IMG/VR virus record: IMGVR_UViG_2778261164_000003
Source of the DNA: a virus
Taxonomy: Duplodnaviria; Heunggongvirae; Uroviricota; Caudoviricetes
Length of the DNA: 19,950 nucleotides
Direction: 5' to 3' (one strand)
How positions within the stretch are numbered: position 1 is the first letter of the stretch; each line of letters opens with the position of its first letter. This document shows positions 1 through 8,623 of this stretch, in pieces. The position numbers and the translations under genes are program-made. The notes beneath the pieces were generated by a model that worked only from the letters and a program-made list of their open reading frames with translations, made no database searches and was not told the origin of the DNA.

Positions 1-136
1 GGAATGGTCTGTGTTGTCGGGAGGATGCGTGATCTGATCCTTCAACTCAGCAAAAGTTCGATTTATTCAACAAAGCCCTGTATTGGTTAAGCAATAAACA
101 GACAGCAATTACTCTCAACTGAACCTGAAAATCCAA

Positions 137-162
137 AGCCTAATAATTTAGGCTTTGGTCTC
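137..162 (-). terminator. Putative intrinsic terminator of the RT operon
   Basis: Perfect hairpin CCAAAGCCTAA-TAAT-TTAGGCTTTGG (11-bp stem). On the minus strand it is followed by AUUUUC; on the plus strand by a T7 run. Confidence 0.5.
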
Positions 163-299
163 AAACTGTTTTTTTAGCTTAAGTTTAAGCATTCAAGCCG
201 ATTTCAGTTCCAGCGAAATCGTCTTCATAATCGATATAAAATACACCGACGACGATGACGTAAGTATTTTGAAACTGACCACGACTCATATTTATCAAA
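163..299 (-). ncRNA. Candidate structured non-coding RNA 3' of the second RT gene (speculative)
   Basis: About 137 nt of non-coding sequence between the RT stop (300) and the terminator hairpin. Contains local hairpins (CGATTTC-9nt-GAAATCG at 199..221; GCTTAA-GT-TTAAGC at about 174..187). DRT-type RT systems are known to need a cognate ncRNA. Confidence 0.2.
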
Positions 300-2318
300 T
301 TAATAGCTTTCTTTCAATTCTTTTTTCTCAATCATTTTCACAATATCTAACTCATCCCACTTGACAAACCAATATGTTTGAAGCAGAGATTGCAAATCAT
401 TCTCAATCTCCAGATGACTTCTGTTCAGCTTTGGCTCATAGCTCTTGAGATATTTTCTATATAAAAAACGCCTTGTCTCTATTGAGACAAATGGACATGA
501 CATGACATCCAAAAATAAATGTGCCTTTTCCGATGATTGCAGCAAATCCATATTAGAACTTAATATTTCCTTTATTTCACCCTCTATTATACACTTCAAT
601 TTTCGGAATGATCTTCTGTTTCTAAAATAGAATAGCAGTGAGATTATAGTAAAGTAGTCCAATTTCTTTTTATGTATAACTCCATGAAAAAAACTGTCAC
701 TTATAAGATAATTATCTCCAAAAAAAGTAGCAGCCAAGATTAAATTAACCTTTTCAATTGAAATGAAATCATCAATAAACAGCCCATTATCATTCTCACC
801 AAAATTAATGTTTTCCGCAGCATTCACTAACGTAGTCATAAAAATACTACTATAGTCACTAGATATTTCATTCAAATAGTTATTAACAACAACCATTGTC
901 TTTGATAATTTATAAGATGATGAAACAGTTGGGTTAACACTGAAAAAGAACAACATAATATCGGTTATTGTGAAAATTAAGTCCTTAATCCTTTTTTTTA
1001 CATCTACATCATCTTCATTTTCTTGAACTCGTAATATATCAATTATTGATATTAATCTTTTGGAAAGAGATGATATTATATATGATGAAACATCAGAATA
1101 AGACACTTGATTTTCAATGCATATAGACTTGACATGATTAATTACATATATCTTTAAATCATGCTTACTTCTTATTTTATTTAAAGTAAAGCCACTATCA
1201 CGTTTTTCATACAGTTTAATTTCTAAATTGCGAATTAATTCATTAACTTTGACAATCAAACTTGTCTTGCTAGTGCAAAATGGCCTAGAATACTTCTTAA
1301 GCTTGTTTACATTTAATTGTAGATTATATTCATTTAACTTCACATTAATTATTTTTGTAATAACTTCGGCACTTGACTCACCATTACAAAAAACAATAAA
1401 ATCATCTACATATCTCAATATAACATAATCTTTATTATTAACCCATCCATGTTCACTAAGAAGGCATGACTCAATATTGCAATCAATTCGCTGAAATATT
1501 AATTCTGCAAAAACCCTGCTAAACTCTGAACCAATAGGTATTCCATTTGTTTCATTATTATTGCTACGTTGCATCAGTGTATCTAATTCTTGTCCAAATT
1601 GATTGCTGTGTTTAACATGTTTTTTGATATATGATTTATTTTTTAATGCCCAAGAAACCGAATGCGTATATATGCTATCAAAACAATGTGATACATCTAA
1701 CATCCACATCACCGAGAATCTTTTCTCAAGCTCAATAAACATCTTACTTTGAAATAGTTTATATATCCTGTTGAAACCGCCATAACTAAAATAAGAGGAT
1801 GAATATTTCCTCATTAACTCATCCTTTGTTGTTTCGATATCTTCCCCTTTATATTTTTCCAAAGCATTATTTTCATATAAAAAGAAAGAGTTAGCGACCT
1901 TACGTGGGTAGCGAATAGAAAAATTACTTTTTAAAGTATTTAATGTGATAACGGATGAGTATGTTTTATAAAATTCCGAATAATTAATTTGAGATCTTGG
2001 GTGAATTAAAGAAAGATGTCTTTGGCTAAAGGCATCTTTTACTATACAATAGCCAAATGGGGAGCTTTGTTTCTTCTTTTCTCGGTGGCGATCTGCGACA
2101 CTAATAGAAGAGTCTAAATTAGGGTTAACTATTTTTTTTAAGAAAGAAGAAACCGGAGTAAAATGTAACAAATCATTACAAACTCTATCATATTCTGTTA
2201 AGTTTATATATAAGCCATCATTTGAAAAAATAATTGGACAATCACCGGGCAGTGTATCACATAGTAAAGCCCTGAGATAATCTTTCTTATCAAGTTTAAT
2301 GTTTTTCTTTATAACCAT
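300..2318 (-). CDS. Reverse transcriptase, 672 aa, with long C-terminal extension (second gene of two-RT operon; UG8-like assignment tentative)
   Basis: RT motif A WMLDVSHCFDSI, motif B GIPIGSEFSRVFAELIF, motif C with catalytic YVDD (VILRYVDDFIVF). ATG at 2318 overlaps the upstream gene's stop by 10 nt (ATATGGTTATAA). Very AT-rich. Confidence 0.85.
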   Translation of the reverse strand: MVIKKNIKLDKKDYLRALLCDTLPGDCPIIFSNDGLYINLTEYDRVCNDLLHFTPVSSFLKKIVNPNLDSSISVADRHREKKKQSSPFGYCIVKDAFSQRHLSLIHPRSQINYSEFYKTYSSVITLNTLKSNFSIRYPRKVANSFFLYENNALEKYKGEDIETTKDELMRKYSSSYFSYGGFNRIYKLFQSKMFIELEKRFSVMWMLDVSHCFDSIYTHSVSWALKNKSYIKKHVKHSNQFGQELDTLMQRSNNNETNGIPIGSEFSRVFAELIFQRIDCNIESCLLSEHGWVNNKDYVILRYVDDFIVFCNGESSAEVITKIINVKLNEYNLQLNVNKLKKYSRPFCTSKTSLIVKVNELIRNLEIKLYEKRDSGFTLNKIRSKHDLKIYVINHVKSICIENQVSYSDVSSYIISSLSKRLISIIDILRVQENEDDVDVKKRIKDLIFTITDIMLFFFSVNPTVSSSYKLSKTMVVVNNYLNEISSDYSSIFMTTLVNAAENINFGENDNGLFIDDFISIEKVNLILAATFFGDNYLISDSFFHGVIHKKKLDYFTIISLLFYFRNRRSFRKLKCIIEGEIKEILSSNMDLLQSSEKAHLFLDVMSCPFVSIETRRFLYRKYLKSYEPKLNRSHLEIENDLQSLLQTYWFVKWDELDIVKMIEKKELKESY

Positions 2319-3586
2319 ATTTTTGTAATCTCAGTATAGCGCTTAAAGTTATACTTTCTATATACTCTATCCACAAAGCCTTTTCTAAAACTATTTCTTA
2401 GCAGTTCTTTTTTTTGCTTCAAATTAAAAGGTTTTTTTGCAACACTATTCAAACGCCCAGTATTAGATTGCACACAATATAGCAAAAAGTCATCTAATTT
2501 TTTTAGGGATATGGAGTCAACATCTAACTTCGCATTACTGTAATAAATACCTGTACTTATCTTGCTTTTTTCTAAAGAACTTAACGATTTTATTTTGCGA
2601 TTTAAATCCCTGTTACTAGTCAAAAAAGAAATCCTGTCTAGCAATAGTTTAAAATCACCATTAATATGATAAGAGTAGAAAGACCTAGCTATTCTTGTTT
2701 TAATTTTCTTCAGGCGAGATTTAGATAAATTAACAACAACCTTTCTGTAACAGCTATTAATCTCACCATCTTTGCTCAAAGGTGTGTCTATTATAGAAAA
2801 CGAGTACCCTAGAAAGTCAAATTCATGAAGCAATTTATCCTGTTTATTTAAACCCTTACTTCTCTTTGGTATGCATGGAGATATTTTTAATTTATTTTTA
2901 TTTAAAGCCAATCCCTTTGGTAATACATCTTGTATAAATTCCATAAAGGACGCTTCACATTCACAACCACTTGAAACGATTACCATATCATCTACAAATC
3001 TTGAATAATAAAATACTTCTGGATGCCTATGAATACTATTATCTAATTGTGCCAAGTACAATTCTGATAACATAGGACTAATTTCTAACCCTCTAGGTAA
3101 TCCTTTCGAAGAGTGAAGCCTTTCACACGATTTAAGATACCATTCTAGCAAATTTTTTGTATGTCTAGACAGTCGTGTTTCGTTATGTAAGAGCTGAAAA
3201 AGCTGCGGTAAATCAATTGATTCAAAGAAAGACTTTATATCCAAACGATATATTTTGAATGGAGTACCTTCTTCCAAATAAATTTTAAGCTCACTAATTA
3301 TTGTATTTCGTTGTTTGGGACGAAGCGATTCAAGGCATTTTAAATTTGCATTGCAATGTCTAAGTATTATTTTTTCCTTCAAACATGAAGCAGTGTAAAC
3401 GCAGCGTCCCTTAATATTTAGTTTCTTTACACTCACACCAGAGCGAAAATTCTCATTAGCAATTAAAACGGCATCACTAATTAATGATTCTAACTCAGCA
3501 ACATTATTTTTTTTAAAATAATAAGCCTTCTCACTTTCACTTAAGTTTCGTTTAAGTGCTGCTGAAGTAAACGGCTGACGGTTCAT
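2309..3586 (-). CDS. Reverse transcriptase, 425 aa (first gene of two-RT operon; UG3-like assignment tentative)
   Basis: RT motif A YRLDIKSFFESID, motif B GLPRGLEISPMLSELYL, motif C FVDD (YYSRFVDDMVIV), later FDFLGYSF. ATG at 3586 preceded by GAGGG Shine-Dalgarno. Confidence 0.85.
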   Translation of the reverse strand: MNRQPFTSAALKRNLSESEKAYYFKKNNVAELESLISDAVLIANENFRSGVSVKKLNIKGRCVYTASCLKEKIILRHCNANLKCLESLRPKQRNTIISELKIYLEEGTPFKIYRLDIKSFFESIDLPQLFQLLHNETRLSRHTKNLLEWYLKSCERLHSSKGLPRGLEISPMLSELYLAQLDNSIHRHPEVFYYSRFVDDMVIVSSGCECEASFMEFIQDVLPKGLALNKNKLKISPCIPKRSKGLNKQDKLLHEFDFLGYSFSIIDTPLSKDGEINSCYRKVVVNLSKSRLKKIKTRIARSFYSYHINGDFKLLLDRISFLTSNRDLNRKIKSLSSLEKSKISTGIYYSNAKLDVDSISLKKLDDFLLYCVQSNTGRLNSVAKKPFNLKQKKELLRNSFRKGFVDRVYRKYNFKRYTEITKIWL

Positions 3587-3930
3587 AATACCCTCATTAA
3601 ACTATCCTCTGTACTTTTTATAGCTCTTTCCATCACTTCCCGCAATCGTATCTCCACAACAGCGACCGCTTTATATAGCAATTTTCATAACTTCGATTAC
3701 AGCTCAAAACATGCGGTAACCGTGCCATAGTTATACCATTCAACGCCCTTACGCGGGCAGCCCCGCACGCCTGCCCGCTTCGCTTAACAGACTGGTTTTC
3801 ATGCATGCCATAAATCGTCTCAGATACCACCACACAAAGGTTTTCGCCTCAAAAAGGGTGCATAAGACTCATGCATTTTCATGCGCCATAGACATGCACT
3901 CATACGCTCTCAGGCCAGCCAGGGAAAAGG

Positions 3931-3960
3931 TGTTAAAAATCCCGGTACTCGACCGGGATT
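3931..3960 (-). terminator. Intrinsic terminator ending the satellite late operon
   Basis: Hairpin AATCCCGGT-ACTCG-ACCGGGATT. On the minus strand it is followed by UUUUUAACA, directly after the Ogr/Delta stop at 3981. Confidence 0.55.
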
Positions 3961-3980
3961 ACGTGGGCGTTTTTTTCTAA

Positions 3981-4253
3981 TCAGACAGGAATCTGCTGAC
4001 GGCTTGACAGTTTTGACGCGGAGCCATAGCGATTGAGCGTTTGCTGTTGTTTTACCGGGGGTTGTGATTTGTCTGGTTCCTGTTCATTGCGCCGGGGTTT
4101 CATGATTATCTTATCCACACTCTCCAGTGCCGTAAATGTGCAGGAACATTCCAGATTCTGGCACTGATACCACGAGCGTTTAACTGACGGAGCTTCATAG
4201 GCTGCTGTTCTGGCGTGTGCAACTGTACCGCATTCCGGACATTTAAGTGCCAT
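3981..4253 (-). CDS. Ogr/Delta-family zinc-finger late-gene transcriptional activator
   Basis: MALKCPECGTVAHARTAAYEAPSVKRSWYQCQNLECSCTFTALESV matches the P2 Ogr C-x2-C...C-x4-C zinc-finger pattern (CPLCQHAAHART...HQCQNVNCSATF). Track start 4262 is GTG; ATG at 4253 has an AGGAG Shine-Dalgarno. Confidence 0.85.
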   Translation of the reverse strand: MALKCPECGTVAHARTAAYEAPSVKRSWYQCQNLECSCTFTALESVDKIIMKPRRNEQEPDKSQPPVKQQQTLNRYGSASKLSSRQQIPV

Positions 4254-4258
4254 TAATA

Positions 4259-4810
4259 TCACTCCTGTATATCGTTAATGTCATTCAGGCGTTGCTGAAA
4301 ACGCAGATGTTGTGCCGGGGTGTAAGAACCCTGGCAATCACGAATCATCCCGGGGTCAGGCATCAAACCGGATTCATCCAGGATCTCACGATAATCCCCA
4401 GCAATTTCAGGCGGTGTTATTGCCAGCTGGCGAACCAGAGCACTGCGTAATATACGGGACGCAACGTCAACCCCTCCGCGCCCCTTCAGGAACGGAGCCA
4501 GTGCAGATGTCAGGGCTGCCCCATTCGCCTGCATAAAATTGCTGAGAGCGGCTTCTGTGCAGGCCTCCATCAGTAAATGCTGCGAGTAAATGCATTCGCG
4601 CGCAGCACAGTTAATTTGCCATTTCAGCACATCCAGACGTTCCCGCAGTAATTCGAGCTGTCGGGCATAATCTGCTGGTTTTTCTGTGGCAGCGAGGAGA
4701 GATGTTATCTGTTGTTCAACGGCTTTTCGGCTCTCATTATGTCCGGCCCACAGAATGCGGGCATTCCGAAAACTGGTAAGTGCCTGGTCAGGCGTGCCTC
4801 GGGCCGTCAT
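4259..4810 (-). CDS. psu: Psu-like protein (polarity suppression / capsid decoration), 183 aa
   Basis: Blocks LDVLKWQINCAAREC, NFMQANGAALTSALAPFL and FTPAQ resemble P4 Psu as recalled from memory. ATGA start/stop overlap with the upstream gene. Confidence 0.6.
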   Translation of the reverse strand: MTARGTPDQALTSFRNARILWAGHNESRKAVEQQITSLLAATEKPADYARQLELLRERLDVLKWQINCAARECIYSQHLLMEACTEAALSNFMQANGAALTSALAPFLKGRGGVDVASRILRSALVRQLAITPPEIAGDYREILDESGLMPDPGMIRDCQGSYTPAQHLRFQQRLNDINDIQE

Positions 4811-5550
4811 ACTGCTTTCTCCTTCTCAGCAAGTTCCTGACGAACCTTAATTTTATGCATAGCTGCCGGAGAGAGTTGATTACTGAAATCCAGACGCGCC
4901 GCATAATCCGGGGCAACTCCCGCCAGTTTAAACACCGGGTCCTGCTCAGGCATCGCATCGTTAGCCAGAGCCGGTCTGGTGATATGTTTATGAATAAAGT
5001 CTTTCAGCACTGTGTCCGGGTCATTAACTGAATTCACCACACCCACAACGGCACTGGCTTCCCGGCCCATTGTGGATTTAAGCAGGCTCAGCGTCTGAAT
5101 AAGCGCTTTTCCATGCGACTGCATAAAATCCTCCCAGATTTGTTTTGCGCGAATATCCACAAGAATGTTATGCGCGTGGATATACTTTCCGGCTAATTCT
5201 GCAGCTTTCTGCGGCAAAAGTGCATTTTCGCTTTCCTGAGCCGCCAGCAGCTCATCAAAATCCTCAAGCGTTTCTCGTCCCAGCGCAATTTCCGTGCGCA
5301 GTTTTTTCATTTCCTTTGAGACCACGCCCTGACTTTCACGAAACAGCGTGCGCCACTCCTCATTCAGTGTGTTCGTCGTGGCTTCCATTTCAGCGCGACG
5401 CTGGCGGATTGTCGCAATATTATCCGCTGCCGCTTTCTGCTGACGACGTGCTTCAAGCCATGCGTTTCTGGCTGTGTTCATGGTTTCCAGTGCCCGCTGC
5501 GTTACAGCCGGAAAAGTGGAAAGGTTGTTATTTACTGCGGTATTGTTCAT
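4807..5550 (-). CDS. Sid-like external capsid scaffold protein (Psu paralogue), 247 aa
   Basis: Psu-like blocks (AWLEARRQQ, IWEDFMQSHGKALIQTLSLL) in a 247-aa protein, close to P4 Sid length. Position upstream of psu. AGGAGA Shine-Dalgarno before ATG at 5550. Confidence 0.45.
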   Translation of the reverse strand: MNNTAVNNNLSTFPAVTQRALETMNTARNAWLEARRQQKAAADNIATIRQRRAEMEATTNTLNEEWRTLFRESQGVVSKEMKKLRTEIALGRETLEDFDELLAAQESENALLPQKAAELAGKYIHAHNILVDIRAKQIWEDFMQSHGKALIQTLSLLKSTMGREASAVVGVVNSVNDPDTVLKDFIHKHITRPALANDAMPEQDPVFKLAGVAPDYAARLDFSNQLSPAAMHKIKVRQELAEKEKAV

Positions 5551-5584
5551 GACTTCTCCTGTCGGGTTGGTTCGTTACGTCAAT

Positions 5585-5640
5585 TGTGTCGTGGCTGACA
5601 CAAGCACACTATCGGTGTTCAGTGTGTGGTGGCTGGCACA
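5585..5640 (-). promoter_or_regulatory. Two TGT-N12-ACA dyads (5585..5602 and 5623..5640): candidate Ogr/Delta-activated late promoter
   Basis: TGTgtcgtggctgacACA and TGTgtggtggctggcACA lie 38 bp apart, 35-90 bp upstream of the Sid-like start. P2/P4 late promoters carry a TGT-N12-ACA activator site. Confidence 0.45.
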
Positions 5641-5728
5641 ACGGGCGCTTGCGGTTATTCAGACGTGGCTATGAAAGCCAGCCAGATAAAAATGCCCTCT
5701 GTTTCAGTCTGCTTTATGTCCCTGATGC

Positions 5729-5916
5729 GGTGGAACAGGTGAAACATGTGTTACAGCTTTGTTTTATAAGACATTTATATACACTGCACCGGTGGAACAT
5801 CGCGGGTAACAAGGTGGAACAGCGGATTGGCTGGCGTTACATCTGTTCCACCTCACTATTTCAGAAGGTGGAACAGGTTCAGCCCTGTAAAATACGGTTG
5901 TTCCACCTGTTTCACC
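5729..5916. repeat. Iteron cluster, candidate replication origin (P4 ori/crr-like)
   Basis: Eight copies of GGTGGAACA or its complement TGTTCCACC (with GGTGAAACA variants) at 5729, 5738, 5791, 5813, 5844, 5867, 5899 and 5908, in both orientations. Resembles the P4 type I iteron TGTTCACC bound by alpha protein. Lies immediately 3' of the primase gene. Confidence 0.55.
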
Positions 5917-5950
5917 TGTTACCCTTAATAAATAAGACTCACGCAAAGCC

Positions 5951-8623
5951 TTAACCCGGCACCTCGCTGTTGAAGACATAGAGCCTGCGGGGATTCATCT
6001 CTGGCGGGCGAATGGTTGTCTGGTGTTTGCCATCAGTGGAGGGCAGCAGGTATCCACGATCTGCGCACAGACGCGCCACCTTGCGCGGGTCAAATCCCCT
6101 GCAGATTTCTTTCCAGCCGGACGGCATGACATAGAACGTAGTGACAGCTTCCGTGCCCTGCGCGGTACTGCCTTTCTCCACCCTGCGCCAGCCCACCATA
6201 TTGCCGGGGCGGTTGCGCTCGTCATACCAGTCTGCAAAGCGGCTGTACTGATTCGCGGTGAAGAAACTGCGAACCTGCTCCAGTGCGGCGATATCTTCCT
6301 GATTGGCGGTGTGCCCGCGATCTTTCAGCCATGCGTTCAGGCAGACGCGGGTTGCCCGCAGTGCTTCACCCTCAGGCCAGCCGGTGATACCCAGACGGGT
6401 TGCCAGTTCACCTGCCATCGCCACCAGAGCAAAGCGGTTCACAGCCCGGCCCACCTGATTGCCTGCATCTTTCGGAGTCAGGGCGGCAGCATATTCCTTC
6501 ATCAGCGATTTTGCCTGTGCCGTTAGTCCGTTAAGATCAGCGGTCAGTGCTTTCAGCCACTCCCGGAACGGCGAACCGTAGTAGCAGGACGTGGCCCATT
6601 CAAGATGCTCTGCCAGAGCCTTGCCGCTGTCGAAGCCGTGCAGCTCCTCAAAAACGCCAAACTTCCCGGAATCGCTGGGGATCTGGATCATCCTGACTTC
6701 CATCCCGGCAAAAGTACGCTCACCGGCCTTTGCCGCATGTTCGGTCAGAGACAACTCGCCAGTTGAAAAGAACAACAGGCGCCACTGCTTACGGGTACGC
6801 AGCTCACCGTCCGTACCGGCACGGCCCTTGCCCTGACCGTTTGCCAGCATGTAGGCGATATTGCCTGCCTCGCGTCCGTCAACTTCCCGGATCTCATCAA
6901 GCATCATGGCGGCATCGTTGCGGCGGCTGGCGCATCCCTCCAGCGCGTTGCCGGTGGCCCGCCATGTCTGCCAGTAGTCAGGCCCGCCGCAGACGGAGGT
7001 TGCCGCTTTCATGGTGGTGGTCTTACCGTCTGTCGATTCCCCTTTGAGGTGGTAGCCGCCGCCGTCCATACCAACCAGCCGTAACAGTGGTGCAGCAAAG
7101 GCCAGGCTGACAGCAAATGCCACGCGGGAGTTGCCGGTACAGTAGCGGGATACATGCTCCCGCCATTCCTCTGTTGTGCCCGACACGCGGAAATCACGCC
7201 CCTGCACGGAAGTGGTCTGGAGAATGACACCCTCTGCACCTTCACCGCTGACCTCATCCTGCAGGACGTAAACCTGACCATGCCAGCCAGTACGACTGAC
7301 GCAGGTCACGCGGCGTTCCGGTTTACACAGTGAGATATATTCCATCAGGCGTGCGCGTGCCTCACCGGTGGTGCTGATATAAGACAGCCCGTTAACCAGC
7401 AGTACCCGGCGCAGTTCCTCACCACTGCCGCTCAGCATTTCCATCGGCATCGCCCAGCGGCGACACTCACCCCACGTATCTTCCCATTCCAGCAGTCGTC
7501 CGAAGTTACCGCCATCGGCATCGCAGGTGATTGCCGTCACGCGCAGCGGGCTGCATATTTTGACGTTCTGGATCTCCGTCTCACCGTTGCGCTGTACCTG
7601 CTTTTCATACCAGAGATATTCCTGGGTAAGACGGAACCCGTGCGGCAGTTGCGTGCGGCCTTCCCCGCACAGTACCAGACCGTTGCGAAAGGCTTCACGG
7701 GCACGGGTAATACCGTGCTCCCGATGAAAGTCATTCCAGTCAGCCTTAATCTCTCCTGGTGGCAGCGTCATCCAGCCGCCAACAGCTTTTGCCGCCCGTT
7801 CAGCAAAGGCTCTGCCGGGATTCTCACCTCCGTCCTGAAAATCGTTATCACCGGCGATGATAATTTTTACCTCAGGCCAGCGTGCCCGCAGCGACTGCGC
7901 CACATTGGGCAGGTTGCCCGCAGATATGGCAGCCACTACGCATCCGGCAGTGAGCTGACTTACCGTCAGCGCCGTAGCGTAACCTTCGGTAATCACCACC
8001 TGTACCGGTGGTTCAGACGGTAACGGGCTGAGCGACACAAACGCGCCTTTCATCGTGCTGCCGGGCAGTATGCTTTTTTCACCCGTCGGGGCGATAAGCT
8101 GTGCACCAGTCACGGCTCCGGTGTTGGTCGTGAGTGGTAACAGCAGGGAACCGGCAGGAAAATCCTTACCGCTGATATGCTGCACGCTTCCGGTCAGAGA
8201 GGCCGGGTATCCGGCGAACCCTTTTCCTGTCAGATAGGCGCTTTCTCCCGTGTGGCTCTCTTTCATCAGCGCCGCCACGGTAAGACCCATGTCGCGTTTA
8301 GGGGCTTTTTGTCTGGCAGGCTTAACAGGCAGTTCCTGCACATCCGGCACATTAAGCACCTGCGCCACCTCCTGCGCAGCCTTTCTGATGCTGTAACCGG
8401 TTACGAGCTTAACCAGATCCAGACCGTCACCATTGCCACACTGGCTGCAGATCCACGTCCCGCGCCCGTCAAGGTCATCAAGGCGAAAACGATCCTTGCC
8501 CCCACATTTCGGGCAGGGACCGTGCCTGCCGTTTTCAGGTACATCAATACGCAGCATCTGGAGAATAACGGGCCATTTCCCCCGTGCAGCGGCTGAAATC
8601 TGCGTAACCGTCTGTATTGTCAT
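5951..8623 (-). CDS. P4 alpha-type bifunctional primase-helicase, 890 aa
   Basis: N-terminal zinc-binding CPKCGGKDRF...CSQCGNGDG, Toprim IIIAGDNDF, P-loop GESTDGKTT. GGGGGA Shine-Dalgarno before the ATG. Confidence 0.85.
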   Translation of the reverse strand: MTIQTVTQISAAARGKWPVILQMLRIDVPENGRHGPCPKCGGKDRFRLDDLDGRGTWICSQCGNGDGLDLVKLVTGYSIRKAAQEVAQVLNVPDVQELPVKPARQKAPKRDMGLTVAALMKESHTGESAYLTGKGFAGYPASLTGSVQHISGKDFPAGSLLLPLTTNTGAVTGAQLIAPTGEKSILPGSTMKGAFVSLSPLPSEPPVQVVITEGYATALTVSQLTAGCVVAAISAGNLPNVAQSLRARWPEVKIIIAGDNDFQDGGENPGRAFAERAAKAVGGWMTLPPGEIKADWNDFHREHGITRAREAFRNGLVLCGEGRTQLPHGFRLTQEYLWYEKQVQRNGETEIQNVKICSPLRVTAITCDADGGNFGRLLEWEDTWGECRRWAMPMEMLSGSGEELRRVLLVNGLSYISTTGEARARLMEYISLCKPERRVTCVSRTGWHGQVYVLQDEVSGEGAEGVILQTTSVQGRDFRVSGTTEEWREHVSRYCTGNSRVAFAVSLAFAAPLLRLVGMDGGGYHLKGESTDGKTTTMKAATSVCGGPDYWQTWRATGNALEGCASRRNDAAMMLDEIREVDGREAGNIAYMLANGQGKGRAGTDGELRTRKQWRLLFFSTGELSLTEHAAKAGERTFAGMEVRMIQIPSDSGKFGVFEELHGFDSGKALAEHLEWATSCYYGSPFREWLKALTADLNGLTAQAKSLMKEYAAALTPKDAGNQVGRAVNRFALVAMAGELATRLGITGWPEGEALRATRVCLNAWLKDRGHTANQEDIAALEQVRSFFTANQYSRFADWYDERNRPGNMVGWRRVEKGSTAQGTEAVTTFYVMPSGWKEICRGFDPRKVARLCADRGYLLPSTDGKHQTTIRPPEMNPRRLYVFNSEVPG

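Noticed and set aside
155-364. 69-aa plus-strand ORF spanning the RT operon terminator
   Set aside because: Overlaps the terminator hairpin and the 3' end of the RT gene; the track start sits in a T-run with no ribosome-binding site.
3633-3833. 66-aa minus-strand ORF in the leader upstream of the RT operon
   Set aside because: Lies across a GC hairpin in non-coding-looking sequence, has no ribosome-binding site and an odd composition. More likely untranslated leader.
4247-5031. Plus-strand ORFs (4247..4450, 4312..4536, 4780..5031) over the Psu-like and Sid-like genes
   Set aside because: Antisense to coupled, motif-supported minus-strand genes.
5729-5916. CRISPR array
   Set aside because: The repeats are 9-mers in both orientations with irregular spacing, not 25-40 bp direct repeats with unique spacers. 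Interpreted as iterons.
5995-8596. Numerous plus- and minus-strand ORFs (6023..6526, 6730..7047, 7640..8023, 8177..8596 and others) inside the primase gene
   Set aside because: All overlap the 890-aa primase, which has clear catalytic motifs. They are typical antisense or alternative-frame shadows in GC-rich coding DNA.
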